Below are positions 9,439-19,867 of a stretch of 64,000 nucleotides of DNA, in pieces. A program made the position numbers and the translations under genes. How positions within the stretch are numbered: position 1 is the stretch's first letter; each line of letters begins with the position of its first letter. Source of the DNA: an uncultured Actinomycetes bacterium (GTDB lineage: Bacteria > Actinomycetota > Thermoleophilia > UBA2241); assembly GCA_963799395.1 (NCBI GenBank), contig CAWCWZ010000063.1, positions 1,607-65,606 of the forward strand, written 5' to 3'. The notes beneath the pieces are model-generated. The model had not been told where the DNA came from and ran no database searches. It saw nothing but the letters and a program-made list of their open reading frames with translations.

Positions 9439-9512
9439 GGGCCTTTCGCACCTGTGGTAGTCTTCATGGTCGCACCTTTGTGCAGGCCGCGGCGCGGGCA
9501 GGGAGCCGTCGT

Positions 9513-10298
9513 TTGAACGTACTCAAGTCGATCGAGAAGCACATGGAGAAGATGGTCGAAGGCATCTTCGGCCGCGCCTTCAAGTCGAGCGTGCAGCCGG
9601 TCGAGCTCGCCCACAAGCTGGCCAAGGAGATGAGCGACCACAAGACCGTCAGCGTGTCGCGCGTCTACGTGCCCAACGAGTACGAGGTCTACCTGTCGCC
9701 CGGCGACTACGAGCAGCTCAGCTCGTTCGAGGGTCCGCTCGTCGAGGACCTGGCGAGCTACCTCGTCGCCTGCGCCAACCGCGAAAGCTGGACCCTCGTG
9801 GCGGCGCCGCAGATCAGCCTGCACTCCGACGCCGACCTCGCCCTCGGCGAGTTCGGCATCGCCGCCCACATGGCCGCGCAGGCCGCTCCCGACTCGGGCG
9901 TCGCCCTGGCGGCGCCGCCCATCGGCACCGTCTCCAAGCCGCCGGCCGGCCTGTCGCAGACGATCGTCTTTCAGCCGCCGGGCGGCGGCGCCGCGGCGGT
10001 CGCGGCGCCGCCCCGCCTGTGCGGCGTGCTCGTGCGCGGCGAGCGCGTCTACCGTCTCGACGCGCCGGTCACGGTGCTCGGCCGCAGCCGCCAGTGCGAC
10101 GTCGTCATCAACGACCCGAACGTCTCGCGGCGCCACGCCGAGGTGCGCCGCGAAGGCGACGGCTACGTCCTCGTCGACCTCGACTCGACCAACGGCATCA
10201 CGCTCAACGGCCAGGGGGTGAAACGCGCCGCGCTCGCCGAGGGCGACCGCCTGCAGCTCGGCACCACCGGCCTGCGCTTCGAGAACCGGCCGTGCTAG
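9513..10298 (+). CDS. fhaA: FhaA-like protein: DUF3662 domain plus C-terminal FHA domain
   Basis: A TTG start is preceded by GGGAG. The N-terminus (LNVLKSIEKHMEKMVEGIFGRAFKSSVQPVELAHKLAKEM) is DUF3662-like. The C-terminus is an FHA domain (…VTVLGRSRQCDVVINDPNVSRRHAEVRREGDGYVLVDLDSTNGITLNG). It occupies the position typical of the mycobacterial fhaA locus. Confidence 0.7.
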   Translation: MNVLKSIEKHMEKMVEGIFGRAFKSSVQPVELAHKLAKEMSDHKTVSVSRVYVPNEYEVYLSPGDYEQLSSFEGPLVEDLASYLVACANRESWTLVAAPQISLHSDADLALGEFGIAAHMAAQAAPDSGVALAAPPIGTVSKPPAGLSQTIVFQPPGGGAAAVAAPPRLCGVLVRGERVYRLDAPVTVLGRSRQCDVVINDPNVSRRHAEVRREGDGYVLVDLDSTNGITLNGQGVKRAALAEGDRLQLGTTGLRFENRPC

Positions 10299-10874
10299 AC
10301 ACCGTCCTCTTCGCCCTGAAGATCGCCTTTCTCGTTCTTCTGTTCCTCTTCGTGTTCTTCGTCGTACGGCGTACCGTGCGCGACGTCTCGGGCGACGCCG
10401 AACGGCCGGCGCCGGCGCCGCAGTCGCGCCCGGCGCCGCGGGCCGCCGCCGTCACCGCAGCGCCCGTCGCGGCGGCCGCCGCGAGCGTGCCCGAGGCGAC
10501 GCCGGCCGAGCGCCGCAAGCGCCGCGAGAAGCGCCAGACCGAGCGCACCATGCCGGGCGAGTCGCTCGACTTCCTGGCCGCACGTCAATCCGCGCCTCGT
10601 GGTCGAGGCCAGCCCCGTCCTGGCGACCGGCACCGAGGTCATGCTCGAGGGCTGGATCATGATCGGCCGCGCCCCGACCAGCGACCTCGTGCTCGACGAC
10701 CCCTTCGTCAGCCAGACGCACGCCCGCGTCGTGCCGCGCGGCCAGCTCCACTTCGTCGAGGACCTGGGCAGCACCAACGGCACGTTCGTGAACGGCCGCG
10801 AGGTGATCGAGGCGCAGCTCATGCTCGACACCGAACTGCGCATCGGCGAGACGATCTTCCGCTACGAGGAGTGA
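10292..10874 (+). CDS. fhaB: FhaB/FipA-like protein (N-terminal TM helix plus FHA domain), frames joined by a 1-nt shift near 10585..10598
   Basis: The GTG at 10292 overlaps the fhaA stop. The TM and linker part (VLDTVLFALKIAFLVLLFLFVFFVV...) is in the frame of ORF 10019..10885. The FHA part (RLVVEASPVLATGTEVMLEGWIMIGRAPTSDLVLDDPFVSQTHARV...EDLGSTNGTFVNG) is in the frame of ORF 10599..10874. Confidence 0.7.
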
Positions 10875-10881
10875 CCGGCGC

Positions 10882-12282
10882 GTGAGCCTCGTCGCCCGAC
10901 ACGCGGCGCTGACCGACATCGGCCTGCACCGCTCGACCAACGAGGACGCCTTCGTCGCCGAGCCGCCGCTCTTCGCGGTGGCCGACGGCATGGGCGGGGC
11001 GCAGGCCGGCGAGGTCGCCTCGCACCTGGCCCTCGAGGCGCTCGTCGAAGCCCTGGCCGGCGACGTCGACGCCGAAGCCGAAGCCGACGCCCGCGGCAAC
11101 GCCCGCGGCGACGTCGACGAAAGCGCCCGCGTCGACCTGGCCGACGCCGCCCTGGCCGCCAACGCCAGCGTCTATCAGCGCTCGCGCACCGACCGGGCCC
11201 ACACCGGCATGGGCACCACGCTCACGGCGGCGCTGCTCGGCGACGACCGCCTCGAGTTCGCCCACGTCGGCGACAGCCGCCTGTACCTCTGGCGCGACGA
11301 GCGGCTCGAGCAGATCACCGACGACCACTCCCTGGTCGGCGAGATGGTGCGCGCCGGCCACCTCACGCCCGAGGCGGCCCTGACCCACCCGCAGCGCAGC
11401 ATCCTGAGCCGGGCCCTGGGCACCGAGCCGCGGGTCGAGGTCGACTCGGGCGCGCTCGAGCTGCGGGCCGGCGACGCCGTCGTGCTCTGCAGCGACGGGC
11501 TCTACTCGATGATCTCCGAGGAGACGTTCGCGGCCGTCCTGGCGGCCGTCGACGACCCCTGGCGGGTCGCCCGCCAGCTCATCCGCGAGGCCAAGAACGA
11601 GGGCGGCCACGACAACATCACCGTCATCGTGCTGCGCTTCGACGAGGCCGGCGAGGGCGCCGGCGAGCCGGCGCTCGACGACGCTGCAACGGCGGTCCTG
11701 CCGGCGGTCGACGACGCCGCCACGACCGGCGTGCTGCCGGCGCTCGACGCCGGCCCCGAACAGCTGAGCCTCGACGTGCCGGCCGACGATTCCGACCCGG
11801 CTGAAGCGCCCGAGGCGCCGGCCGGCGAAGCCGCCGTCGCCGCGTCGCCGGCCGACGAGGCCGAACTCACCGATGCGGCGGCGGCTGCCGATACGGCCGC
11901 GGCTGCCGATGCGGCGGCGGCTGCCGATGCGCCCCCGGCCGCTGCCTCTGCCGACGCGCTGCCGCGGCGTCGCCGCCGGCGCCGGCTGCGGCTCGTCGTC
12001 GCGCTGATCGCCCTGCTCGCGGTCTGCCTGGTGGCCGGCGCCGTCGTCGCCGACGGCGTCTACTACGTCGGCGACCACGACGGCATGGTCAGCGTCTACC
12101 GCGGCCTGCCCCTGCGGGTCGCCGGGGTCGAGCTGAACCGCCTTTACCTGCAGACGACGACGCCGCTCAGCGCGGTCCCGCCCAACGTGCTCGCCCAGAT
12201 CCAGCGCCACGACCTGCACAGAAGGGCGGCGGCCATGGCGCTGGTCGACAAGGCCGACAAGGCCGAGGGCTTCCCGCCGTGA
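10882..12282 (+). CDS. pstP: PP2C-family Ser/Thr phosphatase with C-terminal membrane anchor (PstP/Ppp)
   Basis: Contains the PP2C motifs DGMGG, GTTLTAALL and CSDGL, then a long acidic Ala/Asp-rich linker, a poly-Arg stretch and a TM helix. It overlaps the rodA start. Confidence 0.85.
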   Translation: MSLVARHAALTDIGLHRSTNEDAFVAEPPLFAVADGMGGAQAGEVASHLALEALVEALAGDVDAEAEADARGNARGDVDESARVDLADAALAANASVYQRSRTDRAHTGMGTTLTAALLGDDRLEFAHVGDSRLYLWRDERLEQITDDHSLVGEMVRAGHLTPEAALTHPQRSILSRALGTEPRVEVDSGALELRAGDAVVLCSDGLYSMISEETFAAVLAAVDDPWRVARQLIREAKNEGGHDNITVIVLRFDEAGEGAGEPALDDAATAVLPAVDDAATTGVLPALDAGPEQLSLDVPADDSDPAEAPEAPAGEAAVAASPADEAELTDAAAAADTAAAADAAAAADAPPAAASADALPRRRRRRRLRLVVALIALLAVCLVAGAVVADGVYYVGDHDGMVSVYRGLPLRVAGVELNRLYLQTTTPLSAVPPNVLAQIQRHDLHRRAAAMALVDKADKAEGFPP

Positions 12283-13601
12283 GCCGCCGCAACACCGAGC
12301 TCCTGCTGCTGCTCCTGGTCGGTGTGGCGGCGACCATCGCCTACGTGTCGGTGTACGCGGCCCGCGTTCACGACCTGCGCCGCGACTCGGTCGTCACCGG
12401 CCTGATCTTCGCCGTGCTGTTCCTGGTCATCCACCTGGTCGAGCGTCGCTACCTGGCGCAGGCCGACCCCTACCTCGTGCCGATCGCCGCCCTGCTCAGT
12501 GCCACCGGCCTGACCGAGATCTACCGCATCGCGCCGGCGCTCGCCTGGAAGCAGGGCGAGTGGCTGCTGATCGGCGTCGGGCTGTTCGCGGCCACCGTGC
12601 TCGTCGTGCGCGACGTGCGCCGCCTCGACGCCTACCGCTACCTGTTCGGCCTCGCCGGCCTGCTCCTGCTGGCGCTGACCATCGTCGCCGGCACGAGCGT
12701 CAACGGCGCCCGCCTGTGGATCCGCGTGGCCGGCTTTTCGATCCAGCCGTCGGAGTTCGCCAAGATCGCCATCGTCATCTTTCTGGCCGGCTACTTAAAC
12801 CAGAACAAGGAGATGCTGTCGGTGCCGACGGCGCGCCTGCTGGGCGCCCCGGTGCCGCCCCTCAAGTACTTCGGTCCGCTGCTCGTGATGTGGGTGCTGT
12901 CGCTGCTCATGCTGGTCTTCATGAAGGACTTCGGCATGTCGCTTTTGTTCATGGCGACCTTCATCGCCATGCTCTACATGGCCACGACGCGGATCATCTA
13001 CGTGATCGCCGGCGCCCTGCTGTTTGCCTTTGGCGCTGGGGGCGCCTACCAGTACGTGCCCCACGTCCACGAACGGTTCGCCATCTGGATCGACCCCTGG
13101 AAGACGGCCGCCACCAGCGGCTACCAGCTCCTGCAGTCGCTGTTCGCCATGGCCGACGGCGGCCTCGTCGGCGCCGGTTTTGGGCGCGGCTACCTGCTCT
13201 ACGCGAACCACGTCCCGACCGTGCCCGACCTGCAGACCGACTTCATCTTCAGCGCCATCGCCAACGAGCTCGGCCTGGCCGGCGGCATCGGCCTGATCCT
13301 GCTGTTCCTGCTCTTTGCCTGGCGCGGATTCCACATCGCCCTGCACGCCTCGGACGGCTTCTCCAAGCTGCTGGCGGCCGGCCTGGCCACCGTGTTCGGC
13401 CTGCAGAGCTTCATCATCGTCGGCGGCGTCACCCGGCTCATCCCGCTGACCGGCATCACGCTGCCGTTCGTGAGCTACGGCGGCAGCTCGCTGACCGCCA
13501 ACCTGGTGCTCGTGGCGCTGCTGCTCATGGTCTCGCACCGCAGCCAGGTGGTCGAAGCCGGCAGCACCACCGAGCGCATGCGCCTGGCGGAGCTTTCGTA
13601 G
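12279..13601 (+). CDS. rodA: SEDS-family peptidoglycan glycosyltransferase (RodA/FtsW)
   Basis: A 440 aa polytopic membrane protein with conserved SEDS segments (GFSIQPSEFAKI, DFIFSAIANELG, PFVSYGGSS). Confidence 0.85.
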   Translation: MSRRNTELLLLLLVGVAATIAYVSVYAARVHDLRRDSVVTGLIFAVLFLVIHLVERRYLAQADPYLVPIAALLSATGLTEIYRIAPALAWKQGEWLLIGVGLFAATVLVVRDVRRLDAYRYLFGLAGLLLLALTIVAGTSVNGARLWIRVAGFSIQPSEFAKIAIVIFLAGYLNQNKEMLSVPTARLLGAPVPPLKYFGPLLVMWVLSLLMLVFMKDFGMSLLFMATFIAMLYMATTRIIYVIAGALLFAFGAGGAYQYVPHVHERFAIWIDPWKTAATSGYQLLQSLFAMADGGLVGAGFGRGYLLYANHVPTVPDLQTDFIFSAIANELGLAGGIGLILLFLLFAWRGFHIALHASDGFSKLLAAGLATVFGLQSFIIVGGVTRLIPLTGITLPFVSYGGSSLTANLVLVALLLMVSHRSQVVEAGSTTERMRLAELS

Positions 13602-13611
13602 GGGGCCGGCG

Positions 13612-15042
13612 ATGAATCGTGCCATCAGCCGCGTGTTCGTCGTCGGGGCGATCCTCATGGTCGCCCTCATGGTCAACCTCGCCTGGATTCAGGTCTTTCA
13701 TGCCAGGAGCCTGCGCGACGCTCCGCAGAACCACCGCGTCCTCGCCCAGCAGCTCCGCGTCAAACGCGGGCTCATTCAGGGCTTCGACGGCTCGACCATC
13801 GCCGGCGACGCCAAGCGCTCGGGCTTCTACTACCGAACCTATCCGCAGGGGCCGGTCGCTCCCCAGATCGTGGGCTACGACAGCGTGCGCTACGGGCAGA
13901 GCGGCATCGAGTCGTCGCTGAACGGCTACCTGAGCGGCAGCAAGGCCGGCACGCAGAGTCTCGTCGACCGCATCCTGGGACGTCAGAGCCCGGGCGCCAA
14001 CGTCGAGCTCACCATCGTGCCGGCCGTGCAGAAGGTGGCCCAGAGCGCCCTCGGCGCCCAGGTCGGCGCCATCGTGGCGCTCGACCCGAGCACCGGCGCC
14101 GTCATCGCCGCCGCTTCGGCGCCGAGCTACAACCCGGCGACCATCGACGTGAGCTTCAGGTCGCTCGCCGGGAACCCCGACGCGCCGCTCCTCAGCCGCG
14201 GCACCCAGGGCCTCTACCCGCCGGGCTCGTCGTTCAAGGTGGTGACCGCCACCGCCGCCCTCAACCTCGGCAAGGTCACGCCGACCACCCCCTTCGTCGA
14301 CTCGGGCGTCTACGACATCTACGGTGGCAAGGTCACCAACTACCACGGCGAGGTGTTCGGCGCCAACGACTTTACCCAGGCGCTGACCCATTCGATCAAC
14401 ACCACCTTCGCCAAGGTCGGCACCCTGATCGGCCAGGCGGCCCTGATCGCCCAGATGAAGGCCTACGGGTTCTACCAGGTGCCGCCGCTCGAGCTGCCGC
14501 CCGGCATGGTCCTGCCCAGCGGCCGCTACCAGGGCGCGGCGCTGCTGTCACCGGCCGCCGCGATGAACCCTCTCGACCTGGCCTGGGCGGCGGTCGGCCA
14601 GGAGAACGTGCTGGCCACGCCGCTGCAGATGGCCCTGGTGGCCGCCGGCGTGGCCGATGCCGGGCAGGTGATGAAGCCGTACCTCGTGCAGCGCATCACC
14701 AGCAGTTCGGGGAGCGTGCTGCAGGCGGCGGCGCCGAGGCTCTGGACGACGGCCACGAGCCCGGCCACGGCGCAGACCCTGAACGTCATGATGCAGCAGG
14801 TCGTGAACGCCGGCACCGGCACCGCCGCCGCCCTGCAGGGCATCCAGGTGGCCGGCAAGACCGGCACGGCCCAGAAGGGCTCGAGCAACGTCGCCTGGTT
14901 CATCGCCTTCGCCCCGGCCAACGACCCCAAGGTGGCGGTGGCCGTGACCATCGAGAACACGCTGTTCACCGGCGGCGACGTGGCGGCGCCGCTGGCCGCC
15001 CAGGTCATCAAGGCCGCCCTGGCGCAGCCCGCGCTGCCCTGA
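13612..15042 (+). CDS. pbpA: class B penicillin-binding protein (transpeptidase)
   Basis: N-terminal TM anchor followed by a transpeptidase domain containing SxxK (PGSSFK), SxN (SIN) and KTG (KTGTA). Confidence 0.85.
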   Translation: MNRAISRVFVVGAILMVALMVNLAWIQVFHARSLRDAPQNHRVLAQQLRVKRGLIQGFDGSTIAGDAKRSGFYYRTYPQGPVAPQIVGYDSVRYGQSGIESSLNGYLSGSKAGTQSLVDRILGRQSPGANVELTIVPAVQKVAQSALGAQVGAIVALDPSTGAVIAAASAPSYNPATIDVSFRSLAGNPDAPLLSRGTQGLYPPGSSFKVVTATAALNLGKVTPTTPFVDSGVYDIYGGKVTNYHGEVFGANDFTQALTHSINTTFAKVGTLIGQAALIAQMKAYGFYQVPPLELPPGMVLPSGRYQGAALLSPAAAMNPLDLAWAAVGQENVLATPLQMALVAAGVADAGQVMKPYLVQRITSSSGSVLQAAAPRLWTTATSPATAQTLNVMMQQVVNAGTGTAAALQGIQVAGKTGTAQKGSSNVAWFIAFAPANDPKVAVAVTIENTLFTGGDVAAPLAAQVIKAALAQPALP

Positions 15043-15093
15043 AGCCGGGCAGGACTCGGCGAGGGAGTGTGGTAACTTGAAATCGAGGAGCTC

Positions 15094-17041
15094 TTGACCG
15101 AAGCATTCGAACAGGGACAGGTGATCGCCGGCCGCTACCGCGTGCTGCGCCGGCTCGGCGTCGGCGGCATGGCCGACGTCTACCTCGCCGACGATACGAC
15201 CCTGGGACGCCAGGTGGCGGTCAAGGTGCTGCTCAAGCGCTACGCCGGCGACGCTTCGTTCGTCGAGCGCTTCCGCCGCGAGGCCCAGGCCGCCGCCCGC
15301 ATCAACCACCCCAACATCGTCAACATCTACGACTGGGGCCCGGTCGACGGCACCTACTACATCGTCATGGAGTACGTCGAGGGCGAGACGCTCAAGGACC
15401 ACATCCGCCGCGAGGGCCGCTACAACCCGAGCGAGGCGGTGCGCATCGCCCTCGAGCTCTTGGCCGGCGTCCAGGTGGCCCACGGCGCCCACATCGTCCA
15501 CCGCGACATCAAGTCGCAGAACATCCTGATCGACCGCGCCGGCACGGTGAAGGTCACCGACTTCGGCATCGCCAAGGCCGACGACACGCAGATGACCGAG
15601 GCCGGCTCCATTCTGGGAACCGCCCAGTACCTGGCTCCCGAGCAGGCCAAGGGCGAGTCCGTCGACGAGCGCACCGACCTCTACTCGGTGGGCGTCGTCT
15701 TCTACGAGATGCTGACCGGCTCGCTGCCCTTCCGCGGCGACAGCGCCGTCACCGTCGCCCTCAAGCACGTGAACGAGCAGCCGGCCGAGCCGGCCGAGCT
15801 CGTGCCCGGGCTGCCCTACTCGCTCAACCAGATCTGCCTGAAGGCGCTCGCCAAAGACCCCGACCAGCGCTACCGCACGGCCGCCGAGTTCACCGCCGAC
15901 CTCGTCGCGGCGCGCAGCGGCGGGCCGCTGCTCGCCGCCGCCTACGACCCGTCGCTCGACCGCACGCTGGTGCAGTCGCCGTCGGCCGGCAACGAGGGCA
16001 CGACCCGGGTGCTGCCCAGGGCCCCCGTGGCGGCGGCCGCCGGCGGCGCCGCGGCCGGTACGGCTGGCGCCGCGGGCGCGAACGGCGGGCGCGGCAGCAA
16101 GCGCAAGCGCTCGCCGTGGCCGTGGATCGCCCTTGTCGCCTTTCTCGTCATCGCGGCCGTCGCCGGGGTGCTGATCTGGCACTCGTTCTTCGGCGGCTCC
16201 ACGCTCACCGTCCCTTCGGTCGTCGGTCAGCCCCAGGCGGCCGCCACGACGCAGCTCCAGAACGAGGGCTTCGTCGTCAAGGCGCACGACGACTACTCCG
16301 ACCAGTACGGGGTGGGGCTCGTCACGAGGCAGCAGCCGACCGTCGGCGGCAAGCTCGTCAAGGGCGGCACCGTCGACATCTGGGTGAGCCGCGGCCCCGC
16401 CACCTCCACCCTGATCGATTTCAGCGGCTGGACGCCGTCGCGGGTGGCGGCCTACCTGGCCAAGTACGGCCTTGTCGGCAAGGAGCTCTTCGGCGCGTCG
16501 ACGACGGCGCCCAAGGGCACGGTCTTCAAGCAGAGCCCGGCGCCGGGGATCACGGTCACGCGCGGCGACACCGTCAGCTACTGGGTGAGCCGCGGCCTGC
16601 CGCAGGCGATCGTGCCCGACCTGTCGGGCCTCGACCAGACCCAGGCGACGGCGGCGCTGCAGGCGGTCGGTCTGGTGGGTATCTTCGCGCAGCAGACGAG
16701 CACCCTGGTGCCGGCCGGCCAGGTCACAAGCCAGAGCCCGGCGGCCAACACGGCGGTCCCCAAGGGCAGCACCGTGGACGTCGTGATCAGTACCGGCACA
16801 CCGACGCCGACCACCAGCCCCTCGAGCTCGCCGACCTCGACCGGCCACGCCGGTCGCCGTGCCGAGCGTGGTGACCATGCCCGAGACCCAGGCCGAGCAG
16901 CTCCTGAACAACGCCGGCTTCGTCGTGTCGGTCAAGCACGGCACGAGCACGCTGGGCTCGGGTTACGTCTACGACCAGTCGCCCGCGGCCGGCGACCAGG
17001 CGGCGCCCGGCAGCACCGTCATCATCTGGGTCACCAAGTAG
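15094..17041 (+). CDS. pknB: Ser/Thr protein kinase with four extracellular PASTA domains; the last PASTA domain is displaced by a +1 frameshift at about 16843..16848
   Basis: Kinase domain motifs LGVGGMADVY, HRDIKSQN and DFG, then a TM helix (PWPWIALVAFLVIAAVAGVLIW) and PASTA repeats 1-3 in the main frame. The fourth PASTA (PVAVPSVVTMPETQAEQLLNNAGFVV...IIWVTK) is in ORF 16859..17041. An extra C in a GGCC context explains the shift. Confidence 0.85.
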
Positions 17042-17128
17042 CGCCGCCGGCGGCGACCGCCCAAGGGCGTGTCGGGGTAGGGCGCCGGCGGCGCGTCGCC
17101 CGTGGCGGCCGGCGGGCGCGGCGCGCCG

Positions 17129-18124
17129 TCAGGCCTTGGCGATGAAGATCACGTAGACCAGGTAGAGCGCGTACATCGAGCCGGCCCCGCACAGCGTGAA
17201 CCAGGTGAGCTTGTGCCTGAGGCGCAGCTGCAGGTAGAACACCGTGCCCGAGACGAGCGCTAGCACGCCGCTGACGAGGCCCGTGCGCGTGAGCTGCCAG
17301 GTCGTGAAGAGCAGCCCGATCGACACCGGGAAGGTGCTCTGAAAGACCATCGCCCCGGTGATGTTGCCCAGGGCCAGCGTGTCCTTGCCCTGGCGCACCC
17401 AGATCACCGAGTTGAACTTCTCAGGCAGCTCGGTGGCGAGCGGGCTCAGGATCAGCGAGACGAGCAGCGGGTCGATCCCCAGTGAGGCGCTGACGTGCTG
17501 CACCTGGGTGACGAAGAAGCGCGCCCCGAGGATGATGCCCAGCGTCGCCACGCTGACCTGCAGGATGATGCGGCGCCGGTGGGGCATGACCGGGTGACGG
17601 TGAAAGTAGAGCGGCTTGGTCTCGCCCTCGAGCTGGCCGCCGACGCGCACCGTGCGCCAGACGTAGACGCCGTAGGCGACCAGCAGGCACGGCGACAGGA
17701 TCCACTTGACGTGGTGGTACGGCAGCACGCCGGCGATCATGGCGCAGGCGTAGGCGACGACGAAGAACGACAGGTCGCGACGCAGCACGGGCTCGTTGAT
17801 CGTGAACTCGAGTGGGCGCCGGCGGCGCAGGTAGAAGACGACGACGGCGCCGCCGGTGACGACCATGGTGAGGCTCGAGAGCATGAACGGGGCGCCGAGG
17901 ATGGCGCCGATGCCGATGTCCTTGGAGTCGGGGGCGTGGGTGAAGAGGATGGCGATGATCGGGATCAGCGTCTCGGGCAGGGCCGTCCCCACGGCCGCGA
18001 GCACGCTGCCCACCGCCCCCTCGCCGAGCTCGAAGCGCCGCCCGAACCACTCGATGCCGTTGGTGAACAGCTCGGCCGAGACAAGGATGATGGCCAGGGC
18101 GAGCAGGAGGTAGACGACGGTCAT
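17129..18124 (-). CDS. Ca2+/cation antiporter (CaCA / sodium-calcium exchanger family) membrane protein
   Basis: 331 aa with about 10 TM helices and two alpha-repeat-like segments (GTALPE... and SPLATELPE). Confidence 0.6.
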   Translation of the reverse strand: MTVVYLLLALAIILVSAELFTNGIEWFGRRFELGEGAVGSVLAAVGTALPETLIPIIAILFTHAPDSKDIGIGAILGAPFMLSSLTMVVTGGAVVVFYLRRRRPLEFTINEPVLRRDLSFFVVAYACAMIAGVLPYHHVKWILSPCLLVAYGVYVWRTVRVGGQLEGETKPLYFHRHPVMPHRRRIILQVSVATLGIILGARFFVTQVQHVSASLGIDPLLVSLILSPLATELPEKFNSVIWVRQGKDTLALGNITGAMVFQSTFPVSIGLLFTTWQLTRTGLVSGVLALVSGTVFYLQLRLRHKLTWFTLCGAGSMYALYLVYVIFIAKA

Positions 18125-18176
18125 GGTCCCGGCAGCTTACCACGCTGCCCGTGGCGCTCCGGCCGCGCGTCCGCCG

Positions 18177-19691
18177 CTACGTGTGCGACACCTCCTTGCG
18201 CACCTCGCGCGAGGCGAGCGCCCAGTAGACGAGGCCGCCGACGACGATGCCGATCAGCCAGCTCAAGTCGGAGCCCGACGTGCGCGAGGAGATCGGCCCC
18301 ACGTACGAGGGCACGTAGTACAGGGCATTGGTCCACATCATGGCGGCCGCCATGCCGAGGAGCTGGGCGATGACCGCCGGCCAGTGGAGGCCGCCATTGC
18401 GCCAGTAGAGGCCGCCGCGCTCCTTGGCGAGCGAGAGCGGGTCGTAACGCCCGCGTCGCAACAGGTAGTCGACCATCACGATGGCGAACCACGGGGCCAG
18501 CCAGACCACGATATAGAGCAGGAATCCCTTGAGGTCGGTGTAGAAGTCGCCCTTGAAGATGACCAGGGCGGTGACGATGGCCACGACCACGGTGTCAATG
18601 ATCACCGCCTGATAGCGGCGCACGGCGATGCCGATGGCCTGCAGGGTCACGCCCGAGGAGTACAGGTCGATCGTATTGATGGCGAAGAGCTGAGGCAGGG
18701 CGAGGATCATGTAGGGCCAGAAGAACCAGGCCGCGAAGGCCGCAGGGACGCCGGTCACGTCGAGGGTCTTGCTGCTGACGACAAAGGCGGCCGCGCCGAG
18801 CAACTCGAGCAGCAGCGAGGGGATAGCGGGGCCGAGCGTCGCCGCCCAGAAGGTCCTGGCCTTCGGCGTGGTGCGCGGCAGGTAGCGCGAGTAGTCGTTG
18901 CCGTTCTCGGTCCAGCCGAGCCCGCCGACCGAGATGATGACCACCAGCGCCGTCGTCCAGACGGCCCACGAGGCGCTCTGGTGCAGGCTGCTCAGATGAA
19001 CGTGGGGTACGATGAGGACGGCCATCACCGCAAAGACGGCGATGAACACGAACGACAGCCAGTGCAGCACCTTGGTGATCGTGGCGTGGCCGAGGAACGG
19101 CATGAGGAACTGCACGCCGACGGCGACCAGGATGAAGAGCACCTTGAGGCCGTTGCCGGCGGTCACGCCGCCGCGCAGGAACATCGCCTCGAACACCAGC
19201 ACGATGATGACGATGCCCTCGATCTCGAACCCGACCTGGGTGATCCAGTTGAAGAACGCCACGCCGCGGTTGGCGTTCTGCCCGAACGGCGCCCGGCTGA
19301 CCATGAAGGCGGTCGTGCCCGTGGCCGGGCCCTGCAGGCTGGCAAAGCCGAGCAGGATGTAGAAGACGTTGCCGGCGACGATGGCCAGCACCGCCTGCCC
19401 GAACGACAGCCCGAACGACATGATCAGCGCGCCGTAAACGAGGAACTCGACGTTCCATACCGCGCCGGCCCACAGCCAGAAGAGGCCGGCCGGGCGCATG
19501 GTGCGCGCCTCGTCGGGGATCAGCTCGATGCCACGCTGCTCGACCTTGAACGCGACGTTCTCGTCGGCCTGGTCCACAGGACCCGTGGGACTCGCGACGA
19601 CCGGCGTCTCTGCCACTGTCGCCCCCTTTCCGTGCTCGCTGCCGGGTACGGCCGTCGTCCGCCCCGCGCGGGGAGGCAATGACCGGGTCAC
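18177..19691 (-). CDS. NCS1-family (purine-cytosine / nucleobase) permease
   Basis: 504 aa twelve-helix transporter with NCS1-like segments. The true start may be an internal GTG or ATG about 25 codons downstream of the ORF start. Confidence 0.6.
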   Translation of the reverse strand: MTRSLPPRAGRTTAVPGSEHGKGATVAETPVVASPTGPVDQADENVAFKVEQRGIELIPDEARTMRPAGLFWLWAGAVWNVEFLVYGALIMSFGLSFGQAVLAIVAGNVFYILLGFASLQGPATGTTAFMVSRAPFGQNANRGVAFFNWITQVGFEIEGIVIIVLVFEAMFLRGGVTAGNGLKVLFILVAVGVQFLMPFLGHATITKVLHWLSFVFIAVFAVMAVLIVPHVHLSSLHQSASWAVWTTALVVIISVGGLGWTENGNDYSRYLPRTTPKARTFWAATLGPAIPSLLLELLGAAAFVVSSKTLDVTGVPAAFAAWFFWPYMILALPQLFAINTIDLYSSGVTLQAIGIAVRRYQAVIIDTVVVAIVTALVIFKGDFYTDLKGFLLYIVVWLAPWFAIVMVDYLLRRGRYDPLSLAKERGGLYWRNGGLHWPAVIAQLLGMAAAMMWTNALYYVPSYVGPISSRTSGSDLSWLIGIVVGGLVYWALASREVRKEVSHT

Positions 19692-19794
19692 CGAAAGCTA
19701 GACTCTAGACGGAATCCGGCGGCGAGAAAAGCAGCGGGGTCGGGGTCCGATCTGGTCGCCCCTTCCGACGGGCGAACGGCGTCGGCGGACACGT

Positions 19795-19823
19795 TTGACA
19801 GGCCCCGCCGCCGCCGATATCTT
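19795..19823 (+). promoter_or_regulatory. sigma-70-like promoter (-35 TTGACA, 17 nt spacer, -10 TATCTT) upstream of the MgtE-N/CBS gene
   Basis: Hexamers read directly: TTGACA ggccccgccgccgccga TATCTT, about 45 nt upstream of the GTG at 19868. Confidence 0.4.
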
Positions 19824-19867
19824 GAGCGGCTGCGCGACGCGCCAAGAGAAAGGACGACCACACCTTC

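Noticed and set aside
12560-13615. Alternative-frame ORF inside rodA
   Set aside because: The same-strand +1 frame of rodA gives a poly-Arg/Pro translation with no membrane character. The rodA frame is the conserved one.
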